Under the pieces are notes generated by a model. That model saw only the letters and a program-made list of their open reading frames with translations, did no database searches and was not told where the DNA came from. The position numbers and the translations under genes were made by a program. A stretch of 63,762 bases of DNA, filler included, from Pseudovirgaria hyperparasitica (Eukaryota): the NCBI GenBank assembly GCA_010093815.1. It is 10 parts of 6 records of this genome, joined end to end, with 100 filler letters (N's around TTAATTAATTAA, not from the genome) between each part and the next. Parts side by side here need not be neighbours in the genome. Positions count along the whole stretch, not along the records: positions 47,997 to 56,020 come from ML996594.1; positions 56,121 to 61,144 come from ML996596.1; positions 61,245 to 63,762 come from ML996598.1; 7 more parts are not named here. One strand, given 5' to 3'. Below, piece after piece: positions 53,401-63,762 of the stretch; position 1 is the stretch's first letter, and each line of letters opens with the position of its first letter.

Positions 53401-56020
53401 GGACTAGAATATACTCTAAATTATATAGGTAAACGTATAATATAAAAGAGAGAACTAGGCGACGCTTCTTAAAGAGACCAGGGCTATAATACTCGCTATC
53501 TAGGAACCCTATAAACACTACTAGACGAGTAAACCAACCATACACCCCGGATACCATACTATATACCCTCTAGAACTAGAAAGACGAGTCCTCTTCCACA
53601 TTTATAGGTTAATACTACTCTTATTATGGTCGTATACCGAGCGCGATAACCTTAGAATAATACTATACCTATAAATAGATATAGGCCCCCTATATATATA
53701 TAATATATATAACTAATAACGTATACTTATACTAGACGAGATACTTAAGGGTACTACGGAACTAGGGTAATATATCCTCCTAGAAGACTTTAACCTCTAC
53801 TATTAATAGTAGGGAGGCCTAGCCGTAGTTAGGGAAGAACTTAGAGTAAGGGAACTACGCACCCGCTACCACGACTTCCTATACCTACTTATACCTATAG
53901 AATAAGTTATATAGAAAAAACATAAATAGGACGAAGACGGGTCTATGCTTAACCTTACCTTTACTACGGAGTATATTAGTTACCGGATCTAATACTACCG
54001 CCTAGGCTAGGTATAGACGGATTCCGACCACGAATGCATAGAAACCGTAATAAATATATATACCCCGAATAAATAACGGGGACGATAGATATAGAAGGAT
54101 ACTAACTAGGAAAAGTACCTAAAGGACCTAGAATCGGCCATTCTAGATCCCTCTATAGTCGATATATCTAATAACCTAGCCATAGACCAGGCCGTATAGA
54201 TACTCCTATAAATATACTAGAATGCGAGAAATAAACACGTACTATACTAAATATACTAGCCCCTGGAAGTAAAGGGGATTCCTTAAGTACGGGAAAGTAG
54301 ATAAGACGCCCGAAGGCTATATATATATATATACTATATGAGAATACCCGAGTCGTAGAAAGAATAGAAGGAAGTAATACGATAACGCGATAAAGTCCTC
54401 TATAACGAAAGGCGTAAATAGTAGCGTATAATTACTAGCTAATAGACACGATATGTAATAGGGCTATAGTGCATGGCGAAATAGGCTAAGGGCGTAGATA
54501 CTCCGACACCCCCGCTACTTATACCTCCCCTAATATATTAGGGGAGAACATACTCTACGAGCCTTAAGAAAACTAAGGCCCTACGGGAGGCTATATTCCC
54601 TCTCCCGGAACTAGTAGATCTATTAGACGTTCACGGCGCCGAATATCTATACGCGGTAGATATCCCCGAAGAAGTTACGGAGGAGAATATACTTAATATT
54701 ATTAAGACACTCCTAAATGGTAAAGCACCCGGACCAGATGGAATTCTAAATTAATGCCTAAAAAGTACTATAAAAGTAACTCTACCGCTTATTACTCGTA
54801 TATTCTAAGTATACGTCACGTAGGGGTACCACCCCTAGAGCTTCCGAGTCGTCTATACTATTATACTTCTAAAGCTAGGAAAGAGCCCTAACTTCCTAAA
54901 GAGATAGAGACTAATCGCCCTTCTCTTCTACCTAGGTAAGATACTAGAGGCCACGATAGCGAAGAAGATAAGTACCGTAGTATAGGAATATAATCTCCTC
55001 CCTCCGAACCAGAAGGTAAAGATAGATAGCTCCCTAATAATAGCTATCTAATATATTATTAAAGTTATCTAGGCCGTATAGAAATAGGGACGGGTAGTAT
55101 TACTTCTCTCCCTCGATATAGCCGGAGCGTTTAATAAGGTAAACTATATAAGACTTATTCATAACCTCCGGATAAGACGAATACTAGAATAGATTATACG
55201 CTTTATATAGTTATTCCTTATAGGAAGAATAACTTAGATATATATCCCTAGGTACTAGAGCGAATATAAAGAGATGGTATACGGCATCCTATAAGGGAGT
55301 ACCATCTCTCCGATTCTATTCCTCTTCTTTATAGTAGACCTTCTTTAAGAAATAAAGTATATAGAGGTAGTCGGATACGCCGATAACATATACCTCCTAG
55401 CTATTAATAATAATACTAACCGAATATATAGACGACTAGAATAGAACCATAAGAGGTACCTCTAGTGGGTAAAACGCCACGGAGCAAAGTTCGCCCTAGA
55501 GAAATACTAGCTTATACACTTTATTAATCGTTAAGGGAAATAGGTAACTAGAGAAGGCGAACGACGCCCCCGAATCGATGTATTTAATAAATAACTAGTA
55601 TAAAGTATACGCGCGCTCGGAGTTATACTAGATAGTAAGCTTAAATAGGGACCATAAGTAGTATACGCCGTCTCTAGGGCCCTCTAGATAGAAGCCGCTA
55701 TACGACGGATTACAGCCTCTATATAGGGAACCGCCCGGGATAAGGCACGCTAGCTATATATATCTATAGCACGACCCGCCTTTACGTACGGATATAAGTA
55801 CTAGTATATAGCCCTTATATAGACTAGGCGAATAAAGCTCGAATCTATATAGAACCATATACTCCGTCTTATATTAGACGTATATAAAGCTACTAACACA
55901 GTACTACTACGACGCGAGATAGACGTTATAAGTATATATAACTTCTACTAGATATAGAGGGTAGTATACTTTACTAAATAATAAGTATAGGAACGCATAG
56001 AAAACGTAGAATATACTTTC
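50461..56020 (+). mobile_element. LINE (type B), 5' end through RT; ~1.08 kb repeated across the internal gap
   Basis: 5' end and palindrome at ~50698; EN and RT motifs; 52697-53780 repeats 51480-52561. Confidence 0.9.
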
Positions 56021-56120
56021 NNNNNNNNNNNNNNNNNNNNNNNNNNNNNNNNNNNNNNNNNNNNTTAATTAATTAANNNNNNNNNNNNNNNNNNNNNNNN
56101 NNNNNNNNNNNNNNNNNNNN

Positions 56121-56213
56121 TATTACGGCTAGATCCTATTATATAACTCTATTTAGATATATATTCCTTATATAAGGAATATTATATATCTATTTATACC
56201 TGCCCTTTTCACA
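56121..56213 (-). repeat. Terminus of LTR-like repeat B
   Basis: Ends cctgcccttttcaca, i.e. an intact TGT.. terminus on the minus strand. Confidence 0.85.
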
Positions 56214-56402
56214 TATTTATCTATTATAAGAATATATATCTAGTTACTATAGTTTCTAACGGTCTATATAAGAATATATATATTAATAATATAGTAATAT
56301 AAGTCTAACTATAGTTATAAGACTAGAGAAAGAATAAAGAAGAAGAAGAAGAAATATTAGAAGGGAGAGATACTTAAGGAAGACGTTTCCCTAGTAAGAG
56401 TA

Positions 56403-56531
56403 TTATATACCCGGTATATACTTATTTATACTTATTTATATAGACTCGTTATATACCCGGCATTCATTTATTAATAGACTCGTTATATATCTAATACTTA
56501 CTTAACTATAGACTTGTTATATACCCGGTAT
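56403..56531. repeat. Degenerate tandem repeat, ~34-44 bp unit, 4 cores
   Basis: (atagactcg)ttatatacccgg recurring at ~56403, 56449, 56483 and 56517. Confidence 0.7.
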
Positions 56532-58122
56532 CTAACGAGGTATAAACGCAAATAATAAAAACGTTAGAATTAGGTATAAGCTAGGTCTAGTAGACCTAGG
56601 GATATAATTCGGAATTTAGGGTATTAATATATATAATCTATCTATTTTAGATTAATACTATTTAGGTCTAGTTCTATCTATAAATAAGGATTCTTTAAGT
56701 TCTATATACCCTTTTTAGAGATATAGAGTTTTTATACTAGCTAGTAATTATTAGATAATAAGGAGGTACATCCCTAGATACTCCTTAGCTAAAATTATAG
56801 ATAGTTATTAAATATAAGCCTTTTATAGAACTAATTATAATAAACTATAATTATTTCTTAGAGATATCCTAGTATAGAATATAACTATCGAGTACTACTA
56901 TATATAAACTATAACTTCTACTATATAATAGTATATACTAGTATACTATAGTAGACGGCGGTAGATAGTAATAGACTTACGATACGCGCCTATGTTTTAA
57001 TACTATAGTTATATTTTATCTATTTATAATCTAGAAGTCTAGGTTATATACCTTATTATAGATCCCCTAATTACTATATATATTTAACTAGAATAAACTA
57101 TCTATAACTAACTAACATAATATAATTTATATAGGGTATAGAATATACTCTAGCTCATAGATACGGAACCTATCTATTATATAAGTCTTATTATCTAACC
57201 TTTAACCCGCTATATATAATAGTATAAGACTACTAATAGTATTAATATTACCTCTATCTAAGTTATTAAGTAGTTTAACTAATGTATCTAGAAATCATAC
57301 TACTATACTACTAGTTACGTTAATACTCTCCGTATTATATATCTCTAGAAATATATAGACTTTACTAACCCGCTTCCTATTAAGGTAGTTACTACTCTTA
57401 TTAAACTTCTATACTAATATATAATTCTTTCTAGCCTTACTACTCTTTTACTAGTTATAGATATATCTTATCTAAACTAGATCGAAGGCCTCTATAGATA
57501 TATCTCTATCTAGTTATATTAGTACGTATATAGTCTCGTATATATAGATAGAAAGAACCTATACCTATAAAGGGTCCTTTTTAATATATTTAATATTCGC
57601 TTCTTTTAATATATTATCTCTAATAAGTTAATTATAATAGTTATATATAAAGGGGGTAACTATATTAAGTAATATAAAACTACTACTATACGCGTTATAG
57701 AGGTCGCTAATAGTAGTCTAGTAGAACGTAGATAGTCTATGGCTCTATAAGACATAGATTATATATTTACTCCGGCGTGGCTCCTTTAAAATATACCGCT
57801 AGCTAACTAGCTTACGTATATTATTAAGCTACTCTAGACTAGAGGCTACTAATATACTAGTACTAGCCGCTATCTCTATACTACTAGAGATTTTAGTATT
57901 AGTCGTACGTATATCTACTACTAGTATCTACTATAGAAACGTCTCCCTCTTATTTAAACCTTAATATAATTTCTTTACTATAATATAAGATTACTCTAGT
58001 AGCTCTACTAATATTAGATATAATAAACTATAGTACTTAATAGTATTAACTAGGTATAATAATATATAGAACTTTAGAAAGTTAAAATAATTATCCTCTA
58101 ATTTATCTCTATAATATAGTAT

Positions 58123-61100
58123 AAAAAACTTCTCACACCCCAACGGACCAAACTGGTCAATTCGGGGTAAAACAGCGATTTACATACATCAAACGATAGA
58201 GTACACCGAGTATAACAACCTCCGACATACGTGCGTACGTATAGCGTATAATACGCGACGATACCGACGTATAGAGATACTATATATATATACTCGAAGA
58301 CTCTTTAATAACACGAGTATAGACTATATCTAATAAACGCCGACACGCCGACCCCCTTTTATTAGTTAAGGGCTACCCTTAACTAATAATCATAGCGGCC
58401 TTAGGCATCGACGTACCCCGGCTTCCACCGGGTATACCCCTAACACTAGTACGGTAGAAACGGCTATATAGCGGCATATCCTAGGATGATTAAACCCCCG
58501 TCTAATAAACGACGAATAACTAAGGGCGTATAACGCTATAGATAATAGAGACGGAGGGGACCCTACCCAGGGAGACCCTCCCGGATAAGATTAACCACTA
58601 GGTAGCACGTATAGAGAGGGAAGTCGAGAAGGGAGAAACGGCCCTCCTTAGTATCTTCCGGAACCTCGTCCGGAATATTAGAGAGCTTACCGTAGAAGTA
58701 AAACAGGCGCCGGAATTAGACCCGGAATCTAGACTAGATCGTATAGAGGCCAGCCTATAGAGAATCTAGGAGGGCCTCGCCTAGGGAAAACGCCCTAGCA
58801 CGTGGGCATAGGTCGCCGCACCTATAAGCGGAACAGCCATGTTAGCTAAAACACTAAGGGCACCTATGGACGGGGCATATAGTATACGAGTCGCTATCTA
58901 GGATAAAGAAGTACTTATATAAGTCTAGTAAGCGTCCCTAAAGGACATTATAAATAAGATTAACGAATAGAAAGGGATATAGTTAAATATAGTAGCCGCC
59001 AAACTCACCCTAGGAGGTATAGTACTAACTACTACTACTAATACGGCCTAGTAGACCATCTCGCGCGACCCGAACGCGATTAACGATATCTTCTCTAGCG
59101 TGTCCGTCCGCGTAACCACGTACCCGATATAGGTATATACTATCCCCGTCTAAGGACACGTTATTAGAGAAGATAATATTAAGCGAATGGAGCGATCTAA
59201 CGAACCGAAGTACCCCGGGATTAAGATCGTAAAGGCGTGGTGGAAGAACGTCTAAGGGATTAAGATAAAATTAAAAAAGCACTCTACTATAATAGTAGAG
59301 CTTAGAGACCCTGCTCTCGCCTATAGAATAACGTAGGAGGGCTTCCTAGCTAAAGGAGAGCTACTTACGGCGGAACTATAGGATAGGGCATAGGTAATGA
59401 CGTAATACTTTAACTATTAGAGATATAGGCATACTAGGTAGAGGTGCTCTTAGAAGACCGCCTATGGGTGGTGTAAATAGGGCTATAACACTAAGGAATA
59501 CTCTTATAAGACGTAGAGCGACGAGACGCGAGACAGGGACACCGCTAAGTACTCTAACTACGACGGGAAACACCTATTCTAGTCGGTAACGTGCACGAAA
59601 CGTAAGTAGGTCGTAGAATATATTAACGCGATAAAGATAAGAGGAGCGAGGTAGATATACTAAGCCATAAGGCCCTCGCTACCCTCGCCGCTATCCCTAA
59701 CTTTACTTATGAATCTAGTAACCACCCCCCGAAGGGGAGAGGACAACGCGTAATAGTATACTATATAGAGAAAGATAGGCCGACCCCGGGGTATACTTAA
59801 AGCCGCTACCGCGCGAGGATAATCACGCCTTAGCGCCACTAATATATAGACTCGAACTTTCCCTAGCACCTAATAAGGGCATAAGACATACTTATTATTA
59901 TATAGGCGAACGTATAATATAAACGAGAAAACCAAGCGACGCTTCTAGAAGAGACAGAAGCCGCAATAATAGCCATCTAGGAACTATATAAACACTACCA
60001 AACCAATAAGCCAACAACATACCTAGGATACTATACCATCTACCCCACGGGCCCGGATAGGAGAGTTATATTTTGTATATATAAGTCGATCCCGCTCTTA
60101 GAATGGTCTTATACTAAACGTAATAACCTCTAGATGACGCTATATCTCTAGATAAGCATAGGGCCTATCTATATCTATAACATCTATAATTAATAGCGAT
60201 CGCTCACGCTAGACGATATACTAGAGGGCACCACGACGCCGGGATAACATATCCTCCTAGGCGACTTTAATCTCCACCATAGGTGGTAGGGAGGCCTAGC
60301 CGTCGCGAGAGAAGAACTTAGAGTAAGGGAACTATACACACGGTGCTACGACTTCCTATACCTCCTTATACCCGTGGGGTAGATTACCTAGAGGAAATAT
60401 AAATAGGACGAGGACGGGTCTACGCTCGACCTCACCCTCGCCACCGAGCACATTAGCCATAGAGTATAGTACTACCGCCCGAGCCGGATACAGACGGACT
60501 CCGACCACGAATGCATGGAAACCATAATAGACGTCTCTACTCTTAATAAATAACGTGGGAAATGGCTATAGAAGGATACCGATTGGGATAAATACCTAGA
60601 GGACCTAGAATCGGCGATTCTAGACCCCTCTATAGTCGACGTATCCAACGGCCTAGCCATAGATAAGGCCGTGTAAGTCCTCCTTTAAGTATACTAAGTC
60701 ACGAGAGATAAACACGTACTATACTAAACGTATAGACCCCTAGAAGCGAGGGGTATACCTTAAATGCGAGAGTATAGAAGAGACGCCCGTAGACTATATA
60801 TACGTGTATACCATATCCGGACGACCGAGGCGTAGAAAGAGTAGAAGGAAGTAGTGCGATATCGTGATAGGGCCCTCTATAATAAACGACGAAAGTAATG
60901 GCGCACGATTACCGATAAACACACACGGTAAGCCGTAGGGCTATGGCGCATGGTAAAGTAGGCTAAGGGTGTAGACGCGCCGATACCGCCGCCACTAATG
61001 CCTCCCCTAATATACTAAGAGAGGATATACTCTATAAGCCCGGAGAAGACGGAGATCTTACGTGAAGTTATGTTCCCCCTCCCGGAGCTAGTAGACCTAT

Positions 61101-61144
61101 TAGATATTAATAATACTAAATACCTAGACGTAATTAATATCCCC
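58123..61144 (+). mobile_element. LINE (type B 5' UTR, type C body), least RIPed copy
   Basis: Intact 5' end aaaaaacttctcacacccc; palindrome at ~58358; EN motifs GDFNLHH and DSDHECME visible directly. Confidence 0.93.
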
Positions 61145-61244
61145 NNNNNNNNNNNNNNNNNNNNNNNNNNNNNNNNNNNNNNNNNNNNTTAATTAATTAA
61201 NNNNNNNNNNNNNNNNNNNNNNNNNNNNNNNNNNNNNNNNNNNN

Positions 61245-63762
61245 CATCCTTCGAGAAGATTAAAGAAGTATTTATAACCGCCCTATTACTAGTATACTTC
61301 GACCTAACTAAACCTATTCACGTCGAAACTAATATATTAGGATTTATAATCTCGGGTATACTCTTCTAGCCTAGACTAATAGAGTCTAAAAAGGTCTAAT
61401 GGTATCTAGTTACGTTCTTCTCACGCAAGATGGCCGACGTTAAGACTAGATATACTATTTATAACCAAGAGCTACTAGTAATAGTAGAGTCGTTTAAGTA
61501 GTGGCGATATTATCTTAAAGGTGCCATGTATAACGTTAAGTTACTAACTAATTACCATAACTTAAAGGGGTTTATAAGTATAACGGTTTTAAACCGTCGA
61601 TAGATCTAATAGACTAAGTAGCTTATAAACTTTTACTTTATAATCTACCATTAACCTAGAAGTATAAACCTAGCTAATAGAATATTAAGAAGACCTAACT
61701 ATGAAGAAGGCGCCTAGGATTATAGTAGCTATAGGGTCCTAGAGTAGCTATAGGCCTAACTCTTAAGGACGAGGTTAGATTTTAAGTTATTAGGCGATTA
61801 GCGAGATACTAACGTTAATACTAGTAATCGAATCTCTAAGACCGAAGCCGGTAACTAAAGACGCGGTACTAAAGTCCCTAGTAGACCGTTTATTAGCGCT
61901 ATCGGGAAGGGCGACAATGCCCGGCGTGAATATCTAATTAACCTTACCTAGTTAATCGTGGATCTATAGAAGATAGACCTAATAGTTTTAAAGTTACGTA
62001 AAATATAGTAAGATAGGTTATTATAGACTAAAGTAGACTATAAGTGGACCTTTATGGACGGCTTACTTTACTATAATAGAAAGTACTATATACCGACGGG
62101 TAACACGTAATTTAACGTAGTTAGCCGATACTATAACGCTAACCTAGTAGGATACTTTGGGTATATATATACCCTAAGCTTAATTCGTTAGTACTATTTT
62201 TAGGAAGATATACCTAAGTACATTAAAGAATAGATAGCTACTTATCCGATTTATCAAAGAACGAAGGCCCCTAGGCACAAGCCATATAGAAATTTATAGC
62301 CTCTTTCAGCCCCTCTCTTTATATAGGAAGACGTTACTATAGATTTTATAGTTAACTTACCTCTAAGCGAGATACTTAGAATAAGTTATAATTCTATTCT
62401 TATTATCGTGGATAGACTTATAAAGATATCTAGGTACATCCTAGTATAGAAGACGATTACATCCAAAGAACTAGCGTAGGTATTCTAGAACGAGATTATT
62501 AAGGTCTATAGTATACTAAAAAGGATCGTTACGGACCGAGGAAGTACCTTCACGTCCAAATTCTAGACGTTATTCTACGAAATGGTAAGTATGAATAGAA
62601 ATATATCTATAGTATTTCATCCTTAGACGGATGGCTAGATAGAGCGATAGAACTAGACGCTTGAGGCCTACCTACGCGCATTCTATAATTTCGAGTAGGA
62701 CGACTAGGCCTCCCTACTAAGCATAGTAGAGTTCGTATATAATAATAGTCGTTATAGTATAATAGGTATTATACCTTTCTAGGCGAACCTCGGACGTAGT
62801 CTAAGGATAGGTTTTAAGCCTTAGACGGTCTAATTTAATCGAATAATAGACGTGAACGTCCACGCTTAGAAATTAGTAATTAAAATCTTCGAAACCGTAC
62901 GTAACTATCGCGCTATAATCTAATAAGTAAACGACTCGTATACGAAGTACTATAATAGGTTAGCCAAGGATTAGACGTACGAGAAGGGCGACGAGATTCT
63001 TCTTAACGTCCGTAACATACGAACGTCGCGAGTAAATAAGAAGCTCGATTATAAAATGGCTAGTCCCTTCCGAATTAAACGTTATATCGGTATAAGAGTC
63101 TACGAGCTCGACTTAGGAAGTAATATAAGAATCTATAACGTGTTCCACGTCTCACTACTCGAAAGATTTCGACCTAACGTGTATAGCCGTACGAACGTGT
63201 AGTTACACTCTATTATACCCTAAGATGGACTAGGCGTATTCGAAGTAGACCATATTATCGAACATAGAATCGATAAAGACGGTGTTTAGAAATATAGAAT
63301 CCGTTAGAAGGACTATACTAAGGACGAGGACACCTGGGAACCAGCGGTATACATCTTAAGTTCTATAATGGCTACGTATAAGTAAAAGATATAGAATAGC
63401 GCATTATTAATGTAAGTATAGCGACGTCGCGGTCGTCGTAAAAAGAAGAAGAATACCGTAGAGAACGAAGTATCGAATTACGAATCCTAAACGCACACTA
63501 GAAAAACTCTATAAGGCAGCCCTATAATTCAAGCGATACACGGTTACTAAACGCAAAGAAAACGTAAACAACCGTTGTAGGCACGCGACGTAATATATTA
63601 TAATAGAATAACATGGAGAAGTCTAGAATGGACTAACATGGACCATTATACACGAGAAGAACATAGGACTAAGAAACTAAAAAGGTACCCCACTACGGAA
63701 TTGAACTCGTAATATATAATATAAAAGGTTAGAGTACCCGAACTAATGACTACTAGGCCACT
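61245..63762 (+). mobile_element. Gypsy A pol 3' half: RNase H, integrase, chromodomain, 3' region
   Basis: HVETxxxGF, xxQELL, IVTDRGSTFTS, FHP(Q)TDG(Q), and FEVDHIIEHR...YRIR(W)KDY...DTWEP at ~63240-63345. Confidence 0.93.

Noticed and set aside
52697..53780. 1.08 kb internal LINE duplication
   Set aside because: Straddles an N gap; the copies differ at RIP sites, so probably two elements or a mis-scaffold; unresolvable here

Overview
Eukaryotic, almost certainly filamentous-ascomycete, AT-rich repeat block. CpA/TpG are nearly absent and TpA is in strong excess, the signature of repeat-induced point mutation (RIP). More than 90% of the called bases are RIP-degenerated, nested retroelements: at least 15 full or partial copies of one Tad1-like LINE family, a chromodomain-bearing Ty3/Gypsy element (3 pieces), a second Gypsy pol, and an LTR-like repeat starting TGTGAAAAGGGC. 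There is also a small Helitron-like insert, a ~1 kb foldback element and some unclassified RIPed tracts. The only intact gene is a 4-exon, 527-aa MFS sugar porter (alpha-glucoside/maltose permease-like, minus strand, 37237-38987) on a ~2.4 kb un-RIPed island. Nine 100-bp spacers (44 N + TTAATTAATTAA + 44 N) are assembly linkers. Matching TSDs across three of them show that contig order is real there. The most unusual signal is in the LINE: one 31-bp palindrome (14-bp arms, 3-nt loop) sits 2 nt before the ORF1 start and again over the ORF2 stop, and it occurs with both loop orientations. All TE protein motifs were read after mentally reversing RIP (TA to CA/TG), so they are reconstructions. TE boundaries without a TSD are approximate.
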